A DNA stretch of 48,055 nt, taken from positions 1 to 48,055 of the forward strand of contig JAJYNF010000209.1 of the NCBI GenBank assembly GCA_021786455.1, given 5' to 3'. The notes beneath the pieces are model-generated. The model was given only the letters and a program-made list of their open reading frames with translations. It had not been told where the DNA came from and ran no database searches. The DNA comes from Acidobacteriota bacterium (GTDB lineage Bacteria > Acidobacteriota > Terriglobia > UBA7540). Below, piece by piece: positions 27,920 through 37,010 of this stretch; position 1 is the first letter of the stretch; each line of letters opens with the position of its first letter. Made by a program: the position numbers and the translations under genes.

Positions 27920-28297
27920 TTCACGTCTCTCACTGGCAGTTTCGATAGGCCTGGGCATAGCGGCGATCTTCAGGCCAGCAAATAATGCCGAGCTGAAGCT
28001 CGGCGCTAGAACGAAGACCACAGCCGAAGCCGTTCGGAGATGCCAACCACGTTCCTCACCACGGCGTCATTATACGTGGGTGTTTCGCCAGACTGCGAGC
28101 CGGCGGTCATAGACTGCCGCTACAGCAAAGGCCGCAGGGCCTCGGAATGACGTGGGCGGACTCGTAAAAAGTGCTGGTGCGGGGCTGGCCTGGTGGCTGG
28201 TCGTTGGGGGGAGTTGTATCTGCGACCAGGCCAAGCCCCGCGTATTGAGGTAATGCAAGCCGGCTGACGGTAATTACGGTGACGTATTCATCGAAAA

Positions 28298-28363
28298 CCC
28301 CCTCACCCCCAACCCTCGCCCCGCTGGCGGGGAGAGGGAGACGCAAAGCAGCGGGTGAGGGGG
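28298..28363. repeat. nested palindromic REP-like element
   Basis: The outer arms are CCCCCTCACCC (28298..28308) and GGGTGAGGGGG (28353..28363). The inner arms are CCCTCGCCCCGC (28313..28324) and GCGGGGAGAGGG (28327..28338), with one mismatch. Confidence 0.5.
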
Positions 28364-28401
28364 CCAGAATAAGCGAGCGAACTTACAAAATGCCGCCCTT
28401 A

Positions 28402-28432
28402 GCGTCTGCCGGCCTGAAGGCCGGCGCTACGC
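28402..28432 (-). terminator. GC-rich hairpin downstream of glnA (terminator-like, weak T tract)
   Basis: The stem is GCCGGCC-TGAA-GGCCGGC, extended by GCGT/ACGC. It lies 67-97 nt past the glnA stop. Only a short TTTT follows, about 11 nt later. Confidence 0.4.
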
Positions 28433-28498
28433 GGACTTCTTCCGGGTGACGCGATTACAACCCACGGCATAAAGGACATGTCGCGGCTACCTTCTGGA

Positions 28499-29935
28499 CT
28501 ACACGTCGTAATACAGCGCAAACTCATGCGGATGAGGACGGAGCCGCACAGGATCAACTTCCTTCTTCCGCTTATAGGCAAGCCACGTTTCGATCAGGTC
28601 CGGGGTAAAGACATCGCCTTTCAGGAGAAAGTCGTGGTCTTTTTCGAGGGCCGCGAGCGTCTCATCCAGGCTTCCCGGAGTGGACTTGACTTTGGCCTTT
28701 TCCGACGGAGAGAGCTCGTAAAGGTCCTTGTCAATCGGAGCGGGTGGCTGGAGCTTTCGCTCGATGCCGTCCAATCCCGCCATCAGCATGGCGCTGAGCG
28801 CGAGGTACGGATTGGCGGAGGGGTCGGGCGAGCGGAACTCGATGCGCTTCGACTTTTCGCTGCGCGAATAGACCGGAATGCGGACGCAAGCGCTTCGATT
28901 CCGCTGGGAATACATCAAGTTGATTGGCGCTTCGTAGCCCGGCACCAGGCGCCGGTAGGAGTTGGTGGTCGGCGCGCAGAATGCCAAGAGCGCCGGCGCG
29001 TGAGCCAGCAGGCCGCCAATGTAATGGATGGCCGTCTCGCTCAAGTCGGCGTAGCCGCCCTTCTTGTAGAAGAGGTTTTTCTTGTCCGCCCACAGGCTCT
29101 GGTGAACGTGCATGCCCGAGCCGTTGTCCTGAAAAATCGGCTTGGGCATGAAGGTAACCGTCTTCCCGTGGCGGAGGGCCACGTTCTTGGTGATGTATTT
29201 GTACTTGAGCATGTTGTCGGCCATCTTGACGAGCGTGTCGAAGCGGAGGTCAATTTCCGTTTGCCCGGCCGTGCCGACTTCGTGATGGTGAACCTCGACC
29301 GGCACGCCGACTTTCTCGAGCGTCAGCATCATTTCCGAGCGAATGTCCTGCAGGCTGTCCGTCGGCGGGACCGGGAAATAGCCTTCCTTATATCGGGTCT
29401 TGTAGCCGAGGTTCTTGTTGCCGTTTTCGCCTTCTTTGCCGCTGTTCCAGAAACCTTCTTCGGAGTCAATGTGGTAATAGCCGTAGTTGTAAGACTGGTC
29501 GTACCGAACGCTGTCCAGGATGTAAAACTCGGCTTCCGGGCCAAAGTAAACGCGGTCGGCCTTGGTCGTCTTTTTCAGATGCTCTTCGGCTTTTTTGGCC
29601 ACGTGCCGCGGGTCGCGCGAGTAGGCCGACTCGTGGATCGGATCCTTGACGTCGCAGATGATGCTGAGCGTTGGAACCGCCGTGAACGGATCCTCGAAGG
29701 CGCTTGCGGGATCGGGAACCAGCAGCATGTCGCTTTCATGGATCTCCTGAAAGCCGCGAATGCTGGACCCGTCAAACCCGACGCCCTCGGAAAAAGCACT
29801 CTCGTCGAACTCCTTGGCGGAAACCGAAAAATGCTGCCATAGACCGGGAAGATCCACGAACTTGAGATCCACGACCTGGATGCCCTTGTCCTTGATGAAT
29901 CCCATCACTTCAGATGTCGTCATGCTTTTCTTCAT
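28499..29935 (-). CDS. glnA: glutamine synthetase, type I
   Basis: 478 aa. Diagnostic blocks are DLKFVDLPGLWQHF, GFDGSSIRGF, FGPEAEFY, NGSGMHVHQSLW and RIEFRSPDPSANPYL. A KDLYELSP Tyr site is also present. Confidence 0.97.
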   Translation of the reverse strand: MKKSMTTSEVMGFIKDKGIQVVDLKFVDLPGLWQHFSVSAKEFDESAFSEGVGFDGSSIRGFQEIHESDMLLVPDPASAFEDPFTAVPTLSIICDVKDPIHESAYSRDPRHVAKKAEEHLKKTTKADRVYFGPEAEFYILDSVRYDQSYNYGYYHIDSEEGFWNSGKEGENGNKNLGYKTRYKEGYFPVPPTDSLQDIRSEMMLTLEKVGVPVEVHHHEVGTAGQTEIDLRFDTLVKMADNMLKYKYITKNVALRHGKTVTFMPKPIFQDNGSGMHVHQSLWADKKNLFYKKGGYADLSETAIHYIGGLLAHAPALLAFCAPTTNSYRRLVPGYEAPINLMYSQRNRSACVRIPVYSRSEKSKRIEFRSPDPSANPYLALSAMLMAGLDGIERKLQPPAPIDKDLYELSPSEKAKVKSTPGSLDETLAALEKDHDFLLKGDVFTPDLIETWLAYKRKKEVDPVRLRPHPHEFALYYDV

Positions 29936-30050
29936 CCCCCTTCAACGTTGAATTATCAGGCGTGGAACGCCTGGAAAACTGTTTTCACCGCCGTCGCGCG
30001 CCTCGAACGGGGCTTCCGCCACCTCGCCGTTACTCCGCGGGGCTGCCGGT

Positions 30051-31316
30051 TCAGAAAACATAGCCGGACTCGATCACGCCGCGAGGCTGGGTCTTGTTAA
30101 GCCCGAGCGGACCAAAGGCGTCGCCCGGCGTGATGTTCTGCGCCTCCACGAAGCCGAACTCCGCGCGAATGAAAAACCGGTGCTTTTGATAAGTCGGGGT
30201 CAGCGTCAGCGACCACGCCGAACTGCCCGGCCCATAAATCAAGTTGACGGCTTTTTCGGCCGCATTGCCCGAACTGGTGATGTATTCTCCGCGGCCGCAC
30301 ATCGAGAAGCCATTTTTGAAGTTGTAAGTCAGCAGCAACGAGCCGCCCGTCGTCGAAGCACCGTGCACAATGCCGATCTGGGCGTTGGTGGGAACGTCCG
30401 TGTATTGAAAGTAAGGAGTGATCACCCACGCCTTGTGCGTGTACGTGTAAATAACGTTGTAGATTTGAGAGTTGTTCTGCACCGGGGTCGCGAACGTCGT
30501 GAACTTGGTTTGCCCGAGGTTGCCGGCGGCCACGAACGTAATGGAGTTGGTCGGATTGGGTGCGTAAGCGAGCGAGCCTGAAAGCCAGGTGTAACGGTTG
30601 GAATAGAATCCATCGTTCCACGAAACGGAACCGCTGAAGTGGCCCCAGGAGTCGTTGAGCTGAATGCCACGGTTCACGGCGTTCTCCTGGTTCCACAGAA
30701 TGCCGCGCGAAACGTTCACGTTCTCAAAGTCGAAGGTGTACTCACCGCCGATCAGGGTTGGCAAGGCGCCGATTTCCACCGAGAAATTGTTTTTGGCGCT
30801 CGGTTGAATTTTCAGAAAACCCTGCGGGAAGGGACCGTAGAGGTCCTTGACCCAGTTCGATGTGGACATCGTAGGCGCGCCGAGGTCCGGGATGTTGTAC
30901 GCTCCCGCCTGGATGAAGTATTGCCACCACCCGCTGGTCTTTTCGATGAACACCTGCCCATTGTCTAAATCCCAACGGCTGGCTTGGTCGCCTGGAACCC
31001 AGTTGCCTTGGACGACGCCAATACCGCTCACCACGCCCCCGACGTTCACTTTGCCGAGGGGCCAGGCGTTGAACGTCAGCGTCGAGGGCAATGTTAACGG
31101 GCCGGCCATAGAAGGATAGGGCAGCGGTTGCGGGCTGGGCGCGGCCGGCGCGGCGGTTGTGGTTATGGGTGTCGGGGCGTCGGTTGGCCCCGGCGTTGGA
31201 CTGCTTGTTTGTGCTGCTCCCGGCCCCGCTGAGTCCTGCGCTTGGACGCCCAGCGGAACCACTATTGCCAGCGCCAACAGAAGAACCGGGAGACAATGCC
31301 GCTTTCGGATGCTCAT
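30051..31316 (-). CDS. outer-membrane beta-barrel porin-like protein
   Basis: It has the signal peptide LLLALAIVVPLGVQAQD and a Pro/Thr/Ala linker. The body is an alternating aromatic beta-strand pattern. The C-terminus ends in ...ESGYVF, a terminal Phe typical of outer-membrane proteins. Confidence 0.7.
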   Translation of the reverse strand: MSIRKRHCLPVLLLALAIVVPLGVQAQDSAGPGAAQTSSPTPGPTDAPTPITTTAAPAAPSPQPLPYPSMAGPLTLPSTLTFNAWPLGKVNVGGVVSGIGVVQGNWVPGDQASRWDLDNGQVFIEKTSGWWQYFIQAGAYNIPDLGAPTMSTSNWVKDLYGPFPQGFLKIQPSAKNNFSVEIGALPTLIGGEYTFDFENVNVSRGILWNQENAVNRGIQLNDSWGHFSGSVSWNDGFYSNRYTWLSGSLAYAPNPTNSITFVAAGNLGQTKFTTFATPVQNNSQIYNVIYTYTHKAWVITPYFQYTDVPTNAQIGIVHGASTTGGSLLLTYNFKNGFSMCGRGEYITSSGNAAEKAVNLIYGPGSSAWSLTLTPTYQKHRFFIRAEFGFVEAQNITPGDAFGPLGLNKTQPRGVIESGYVF

Positions 31317-31540
31317 GGGTTACCCATCACTTTCTTCCCCCCGCCGACCAAAGCAGGAATTGATTGCATCGTGCTGCCGGATTTCTCGTCCGGCCTAACG
31401 GTAGCGGGGTGTCGCTGCCGTGGTCAAATGAATAGATTTTCTGTGGGCTATAAGAAAAGGTTGGCTAAGAGGTATCTCTTGGAAGAATAAGAAAAATTTG
31501 TCGTCCGAAAACGGCTGGAAGCAGCGGCCGCGGCCCATCG

Positions 31541-33610
31541 CTAGCGGGAAGCCAGCGTGGTCCTGGAGGTTCGATAAATCCTCAATATTTTGCCTACGAT
31601 GATTCTCGACCCCCTAAGCCCGTTCCAGATGCGGAGTTGCTCGGCCGTCACATCGAAACGGTCAGCGATGGCGGAAAGCGTGTCGCCTGGGCGAATGTGA
31701 TACTGGATGAGCCCGAGCGGCCCTGCTGCGGGCAGGTTCGCAGCGGCAGAGGAAGAAGCGGTGCGGGGCGCTACATAAATCTTCAGCATTCGGCCAGCAA
31801 CAATCGTGGAGCCTTGGAGGTCATTCCAGCGGCGGATTTGGGCCACCGTCACCCCAAATTCGATGGCAATCCCGTAAAGATTGTCACCGGGTCGTATGCG
31901 GTAAAAATGCAGTCCGGCGGCTAGGCCGCGCAGCCGATGATAGCGGATTTCAACGCGGCGGATGGGATAAAGCCTGAGCAAATGGCCCGCAAGAATGCGC
32001 GAAGATCGCAATCCGTTCCACCGGCGGATCTCGTAGGCTGTCACGTCGAAGCGGTCAGCGATGGCATATAGGGTGTCACCGGGCCGAATCCGGTACCAGG
32101 TAAGCCGTCGAGGTCCGCCTTCAATCCGGCGGGAAAGCGACTCCCTCCAGGCTGCCAGCGGCAACACCAGCATATCGCCCGTTTCAATCGGGTCATCCGG
32201 CGCAATGTGGTTGGCCCTGATTAAGGAAGCCGTAGTGATGTGGTACTGCGCGGCGATTTGGGGTAATGTCTGGCCTTCTCTGACCCGCATCACCCTCCAC
32301 CAAATCCGTTTGGAAGGTGGGATAGAACCGATCACTTTTTCATACTCTTCTTCTGTCCCGCGGGGCAAATTGAGAACGAAGTTTGGATCATCCACAGGCG
32401 TCGTCCAACGCAGGAGGCTTGGGTTTAGCTGGATGATCTCGTTCACGGGGCAGCCGACGATATCAGCCACCAGGCGAAGATCGGTGGGAACGGGCGTGAC
32501 TACCCGGTCCGCGCGAAGGGGTGGATCGGGAGTGACATTGAACCCGTAGGCTTGTGGATCTTTGCAAATCAACGCGATGGCTAGAAAAATCGGAACGTAG
32601 TTTTCCGTCTCCGGCGGCAGGACGTGCAGTTCGCGCAGCTTCCAGAAGTCGGCGTAACCTGTGCGCTCAATCGCCCTTTGCACAGTCAGCGATCCGCAAT
32701 CATAGGCTGCCATGGCCAGATACCAGTCCCCAAATTCTTCGTAAAGGTCCTTCAAGTGCCGTGCCGCCGCCTCGCTGGATAAGACCGGATCCTGGCGTTC
32801 ATCCACCCACCGATTGCACACCAGCCCATTCAGCCGCGCGGTGCCCAGCATAAATTGCCAGATTCCTCGCGCCCCGGCCCGCGACACGGCGAATGGATTA
32901 AACGCGCTTTCACCCGCAGCCAGATAGATCAGGTCTTGAGGCAATCCCTCCTGGGCCAAGGCTTTGCGGATAGTCGGCGCATAGCGCCCCTCGCGCCGAA
33001 GGACCTTCTGGATGAAATCTCTCCCCGGCCCCTGAAAGTAGGATAAGTACCCGTCCACAGCATCGTTTGAGACCAAAGGCAGGTCGGAGTGTAACGAGCG
33101 CATCTCCTCTTGAGCCCGCAGGCGAATGTTCGGATTGACCGGAAACGTCAAACGCCCAAACGTATCCAAGGGGGATGGCTCATACTCATGTGCGCTTAAG
33201 CTGTTACCGCTTTCAACGGTCGCCAGTTCAATTTCATAGGTGTCGTGGACAAGCTTCTCAAACTCATTGTAGAGCCGCTCATGGCTGCGAATGTCGTATC
33301 TGGACTCCAGCAGAATGGCCAGGGCCTGATCGTACTTCCGCTTGGCCTCTTCCAGATTTCCAGTCTGGTAAGCTTGTTGGCCCGCGGCGTAAGTGGCCTT
33401 TACTTTTCTTAAGAGCTGGTTGATACGGTCTGAAGCGATCGAAGAGGTCGAAGGTGATTCTGGCCGTCGCTTGAGTGAAGCTGCAAGAGGAGATACCGGC
33501 GTCGGCACGGAGCGCGTGGGGAGGCTAGATGTCGTAAGGCTTGAGGTATGGGTACACGAGGCGAGCAGTCCAACCAATCCCAAACACCCTACAATCTTCA
33601 GCCAGCGCAA
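31541..33610 (-). CDS. lipoprotein lytic transglycosylase with four LysM domains (MltD-like)
   Basis: The SLT core is AGESAFNPFAVSRAGARGIWQFMLGTA. The four LysM modules each begin YxIRPGDTL or similar. The preferred start is TTG 33610, with GGAGG 7 nt upstream. That start gives MRWLKIVGCLGLVGLLASC, which contains a lipobox. The listed ORF extends to 33664. Confidence 0.85.
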   Translation of the reverse strand: MRWLKIVGCLGLVGLLASCTHTSSLTTSSLPTRSVPTPVSPLAASLKRRPESPSTSSIASDRINQLLRKVKATYAAGQQAYQTGNLEEAKRKYDQALAILLESRYDIRSHERLYNEFEKLVHDTYEIELATVESGNSLSAHEYEPSPLDTFGRLTFPVNPNIRLRAQEEMRSLHSDLPLVSNDAVDGYLSYFQGPGRDFIQKVLRREGRYAPTIRKALAQEGLPQDLIYLAAGESAFNPFAVSRAGARGIWQFMLGTARLNGLVCNRWVDERQDPVLSSEAAARHLKDLYEEFGDWYLAMAAYDCGSLTVQRAIERTGYADFWKLRELHVLPPETENYVPIFLAIALICKDPQAYGFNVTPDPPLRADRVVTPVPTDLRLVADIVGCPVNEIIQLNPSLLRWTTPVDDPNFVLNLPRGTEEEYEKVIGSIPPSKRIWWRVMRVREGQTLPQIAAQYHITTASLIRANHIAPDDPIETGDMLVLPLAAWRESLSRRIEGGPRRLTWYRIRPGDTLYAIADRFDVTAYEIRRWNGLRSSRILAGHLLRLYPIRRVEIRYHRLRGLAAGLHFYRIRPGDNLYGIAIEFGVTVAQIRRWNDLQGSTIVAGRMLKIYVAPRTASSSAAANLPAAGPLGLIQYHIRPGDTLSAIADRFDVTAEQLRIWNGLRGSRIIVGKILRIYRTSRTTLASR
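31574..32095 (-). repeat. three tandem, closely related LysM-coding modules inside the transglycosylase gene
   Basis: The modules are YRIRPGDTLYAIADRFDVTAYEIRRWNGLRSSRILAGHLLRLY, YRIRPGDNLYGIAIEFGVTVAQIRRWNDLQGSTIVAGRMLKIY and YHIRPGDTLSAIADRFDVTAEQLRIWNGLRGSRIIVGKILRIY. Confidence 0.7.
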
Positions 33611-33913
33611 GCTCCCCCCTCCGCGTATCCTTAATTGAGTTCTTCCTAACGACTTAAGGAACAAAACGTAAACCGTGGCCGATTTTACTTTTACTTGCTT
33701 GGAGCCGTCAACCCTAAAAATGACAAATTAGAAAAATCTTGCCATAACCCCGTGGATTAACAGTCTGATGGGTCTGCTAAATGACGAACCTCAACTGGGT
33801 GGATTCAACTTTCACTTTCCGTTCAGGAACTTATAGTCTTACCGGCGCAAGAGCACATTGGCCCGGTTGGGCCAGCACTCGCTGCGTTATGCGGCTGAGA
33901 CGATCGCGGTCGG

Positions 33914-35212
33914 CTACGACGCAGAGTCATTCCACGCCGGCAGGAAAACGATGCAGGCCGGAGTGCCGACGGGTACGTATTTGCCGGTGAACGTAAGCTC
34001 GCCGGTTCGGTGGTTCACGTCGAAGACCGTTACCGCGTCGGCCCGTTGGTTACACGAATAAACGAAACGGCTTGTCGGATCGAAATTGAAGCTGCGGGGG
34101 TAGTCGCCACGGGTCCACGTTTCCCCTACGTAGCGAGGCGAGCCGTCGGCGGCAATCGAAAAGCATGTGATGGCATCCTGCAACCGATTTCCAACGTAAA
34201 CGAATTGTCCGTCCGTAGAAACCCTGACCTCGGAAACAAAATTCGTGCCGCAAAACCCTTTGGGTAGCGCGGAAGTCGCGCCTCGCTGGGTGAGCTTGCC
34301 GGCCGCCCCGTCGTACTCAAAGAACGTCAATGTGGACGATTCTTCTTGCCCCGAGTACATCCAACGGCGGTTCGGATGGAAGGCAAAATGCCGTGGCCCG
34401 TCGCCGCCCGGCAGCGAGACTGACTGGTGCAGCGTCAGCGTGCCCTTTGCGCCGTCAAACCTCCAAACAAAGATTTTATCCATGCCCAGGTCCGTAGAGA
34501 GCACGTAGCGCCCGCTAGGGTCAGAATGAACCATGTGCGCGTGCGGCGAATGATGTCCACTAATGGCGAAGCTCCCTGGCGGCCCGCTCGTGGCGCGCGT
34601 CGTGCCCACCGCGCCCCGGTCGTGATGCACAAAAGTTGCCTCGCCTAGTTCACCGTTGGGGCGGAGCGCAATCACGGCTACGGTGCCTCCGGCGTAGTTG
34701 GCCACCAGCGCGTATCTTCCCGACGGGTGAATGCTCATATATGCTGGCCCCGAGCCTTGCGAGCTCACCGTGTTGAGCAGCTTCAACCGGCCCGTAGTCC
34801 GGTCAATCGCATAGGCGCTCACCGAGCCGCTCGCCTGGCCTTTATAGTGATGCGTCTCATTCACGCAATACAGGCGCGTCCGCCCGGGATTGAGCGCCAG
34901 CCAGGAGGGATTCATCGCGTTCGGAAAAACCTCGCCTCCCTCGAGCGATCCGTCGGAAGGATTCACTTCAAAAAGGTAAATGCCCTTGCCATTGCTTCCG
35001 CTGCCCACGGGCCCTTCGGGCGAGCTGTATGTTCCCACATACGCGAAGGTTGACAAATCTGTCGCCCGGCGCTTTGCAGCTTCGGCTCGCCTCAAAGGAG
35101 CGCTGACGGCCAGCGCCGCCGCCCCCTTCAGAAAACTCCGCCGCGTAGCTTGCCCGGCTTTCTCTGGCTCTTCCCGAACCATATCCATTTCAACCCCCCT
35201 TTGCTTGAGCAC
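33914..35212 (-). CDS. lactonase-type 7-bladed beta-propeller protein with Tat signal
   Basis: A twin-arginine signal TRRSFLKGAAALAVSAP is present. Repeated blades with ...P..HP.GR..YV.N.. segments resemble 6-phosphogluconolactonase-like (Pgl/YbhE) propellers. Confidence 0.8.
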   Translation of the reverse strand: MLKQRGVEMDMVREEPEKAGQATRRSFLKGAAALAVSAPLRRAEAAKRRATDLSTFAYVGTYSSPEGPVGSGSNGKGIYLFEVNPSDGSLEGGEVFPNAMNPSWLALNPGRTRLYCVNETHHYKGQASGSVSAYAIDRTTGRLKLLNTVSSQGSGPAYMSIHPSGRYALVANYAGGTVAVIALRPNGELGEATFVHHDRGAVGTTRATSGPPGSFAISGHHSPHAHMVHSDPSGRYVLSTDLGMDKIFVWRFDGAKGTLTLHQSVSLPGGDGPRHFAFHPNRRWMYSGQEESSTLTFFEYDGAAGKLTQRGATSALPKGFCGTNFVSEVRVSTDGQFVYVGNRLQDAITCFSIAADGSPRYVGETWTRGDYPRSFNFDPTSRFVYSCNQRADAVTVFDVNHRTGELTFTGKYVPVGTPACIVFLPAWNDSAS

Positions 35213-35410
35213 CGTCTCGCCGTGCCTGGCGCTTCATGCCCGCGTTGCGCTGCCCACTGTCTTCCGCGAGCCGCTCCTCTGCGAAGGTTTTTTGTCTCGG
35301 GCATGACCCGCGACCATTCTCGGGGCCACTCCCTGCCTGGCTCACGAACGGTTGATTATGCTTGTCCGACCGAGCGAAGGCAAGCATTCCGCTACCTCGT
35401 GGCCGCCAAC

Positions 35411-35441
35411 AAAAAAGGGCACCCTTTCGAGCGCCCTTTTT
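35411..35441 (-). terminator. rho-independent terminator after the repeat-protein gene
   Basis: The minus strand reads AAAAAGGGCGC-TCGAAAGG-GTGCCC-TTTTTT. The stem is 6 bp including one G:U pair, followed by a T6 tract. It lies about 45 nt past the stop at 35483. Confidence 0.6.
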
Positions 35442-35482
35442 GGATTCCGCCGGCTTCAGGATTTCTCGTCTTCGGCTTTAGG

Positions 35483-35983
35483 CTACCAAATCGTGTTCCA
35501 GACCGTTTTCGCGGCCGAGGAAGTTTTTCGACCGACCCACCGCGGCGCCCCGAGGATTCCCTGACCGACGTTAGAAACGTGCTGCCCAACCCATCCTGGT
35601 GCTGCTTTCACGCCGTGCCCTGTCGCTACTGCGCCGTCGGCCACCGCGTCGCCGGTGGCGCTGCCAGCGGTCGCCAGAGCGTGGGCGGTCGGCGGCGCGA
35701 CTGCCACCGCCGCGTTTTTCGTTGCCACAGCGCCATCTGTCACCGCGTCTCCCGTTGCCTTGCCGGCGGTTACGAGAGCGTGTCGGGTTGGCGGAGCGGC
35801 GGTGGCGATCGCGTTTGCCGTTGCCTTGCCCGTCTTGCTTACCCTGTTCGCCGTTGCAGAAGCGGCTGTCTTTGTCGCGGGCATAACATTCCCGGCTAGC
35901 CACCGGATCGCCCCTGCGCGAGTTTTCACGCCATAGCCAAGTACTGCAAGCCCTATCGCGCCTAAAACAATTTTACGCTTCAT
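35483..35983 (-). CDS. small secreted/anchored Ala-Thr-Gly-rich tandem-repeat protein
   Basis: ATG 35983 has AAGGAGG 6 nt upstream. It has the signal/anchor MKRKIVLGAIGLAVLGYGV and two 33-aa repeats. The tail carries a duplicated AP.WVG motif. Confidence 0.65.
   Translation of the reverse strand: MKRKIVLGAIGLAVLGYGVKTRAGAIRWLAGNVMPATKTAASATANRVSKTGKATANAIATAAPPTRHALVTAGKATGDAVTDGAVATKNAAVAVAPPTAHALATAGSATGDAVADGAVATGHGVKAAPGWVGQHVSNVGQGILGAPRWVGRKTSSAAKTVWNTIW
35615..35812 (-). repeat. two tandem 99-nt (33-codon) repeats within the repeat-protein gene
   Basis: The two units are AIATAAPPTRHALVTAGKATGDAVTDGAVATKN and AAVAVAPPTAHALATAGSATGDAVADGAVATGH. They are identical at 23 of 33 positions. 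Confidence 0.7.
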
Positions 35984-36273
35984 AGTTGACCTCCTTTTGA
36001 GCCGACTTACACCTCGGTTTGACGTCACCCATTACCCCCCGTGCTTAGCATGATAGCAACTTTTCGGCCATTTTCCGGACCTGCAAGTAAAATTTCGTGC
36101 CAATCTATCCTGCCTGCATTCACTACGTTAGACCACCAGTGACGGCCGAAGGTTGTATCCCACCTTTTGTAGCCGAAGGCACATTCTTCACCCTCAGAGT
36201 AAGGCCTACATCCTGTGCGGAAAGCGAGGCCAGGCGGCTCGCTAGACTGAAGGCTTGCGCACGCTGGCCCAAT

Positions 36274-36308
36274 AAAAAAAAGGAGGGGAGAACTTTATTC
36301 CCCCCTCC
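36274..36308 (-). terminator. strong rho-independent terminator on the minus strand with no annotated gene upstream of it
   Basis: The minus strand reads GGAGGGGGGAA-TAAAG-TTCTCCCCTCC-TTTTTTTT. The stem is 11 bp with one mismatch, followed by a T8 tract. Confidence 0.65.
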
Positions 36309-36445
36309 AAGCGTCGGGTCTTGGGTCTAATCTCCGAGCCTCGTACCAGATACCCCTCCTGAACGACGAAGGCGAACTGGCACGGACTCAATGCTCATTC
36401 TGCAATTCGGCTTCCAAATGGCGACAGCAGAACCAACCACCCTCA
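36274..36445 (-). ncRNA. candidate small RNA (about 170 nt), from a perfect TATAAT to the terminator
   Basis: A minus-strand TATAAT lies at 36456..36451 inside an AT-rich patch. The terminator is at 36308..36274. No ORF of 60 aa or more lies between them. No convincing -35 was seen. Confidence 0.25.
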
Positions 36446-36778
36446 AATGGATTATAAGCCATTTACTATCAATAAAGTATATCTACCCGTAATAATGCCG
36501 TCTTCATATTCAGCACGCCAACGCTATAGATTTCTCTTATATTCGAGATAACGGAATCCAGATTTTTGCATTGCCGGGATTCCCTCCTCTGCCCGGCCAA
36601 AGAATCTGCCAGCCTAGCCGGTCGGCAAAAGTTACCTCCAGTTAGGCGAACGCCCGCGCGATCGTTTGAAATTTTAGCTCGAGAAAGCTAATTTACGTAA
36701 TATAGTTCGCATGCCGTACAATATAGGGCATTAGCACCCAATGAGGCTTCTCTGGCTAGTCGCCGGCTTCTGCCCAAG

Positions 36779-37010
36779 GGGGCGAATTCGGAGACGGCGC
36801 GCGAGATCAAGCGCAGCCTATTGCAACGCGCGGTTCGCACTCGCCTACCCGTTTCGGGGGCGGATTTGGCGCGCGCGATTGGCTTGCAGCGGAGCACAAT
36901 TTCCGCGATTGTTGAGCAGTTGATTGAAGAGCGGTGGGTGGTGGATGGCGGCATTGGCTAGTTGGCGCGCGGCCGCAAGCCGCACCTCCTCCGCGCACCG
37001 CATGGCCGGC
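36779..37010 (+). pseudogene. ROK-family transcriptional regulator remnant (N-terminal HTH only, in-frame TAG, frameshifted and truncated)
   Basis: The frame reads ...ANSETAREIKRSLLQRAVRTRLPVSGADLARAIGLQRSTISAIVEQLIEERWVVDGGIG*LARGRKPHLLRAP. There is no ATG/GTG/TTG start. A TAG lies at 36959..36961. An AGII motif continues in another frame. The sugar-kinase-like body is absent. Confidence 0.6.

Noticed and set aside
25477-28498. attR direct repeat of the tRNA 3' end that would delimit an island
   Set aside because: Only a trivial 8-nt match (CCTGGTGG near 28190) was seen by eye, which is not enough. A computational search over a larger region is needed.
28478-29842. 454-aa ORF on the plus strand covering almost all of glnA
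   Set aside because: It is antisense to an unmistakable glutamine synthetase. The composition is Arg/Val/Ala-rich and low in complexity, with no motifs. This is a typical shadow ORF of a GC-rich gene.
31364-31378. Sigma54-like -24/-12 element (minus strand GGCAGCACGATGCAA) upstream of the porin-glnA pair
   Set aside because: The spacing between the GG and the GC is 9 nt instead of the invariant 10, and the -24 box reads GGCAG rather than GGCAC. I do not call it a promoter without experimental support.
35150-35903. 249-aa plus-strand and 110-aa minus-strand ORFs across the repeat-protein locus and its intergenic region
   Set aside because: They are extremely Arg/Pro/Cys-rich and run through two terminators and a promoter region. 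The repeat-protein frame has an SD, a signal peptide and a terminator.
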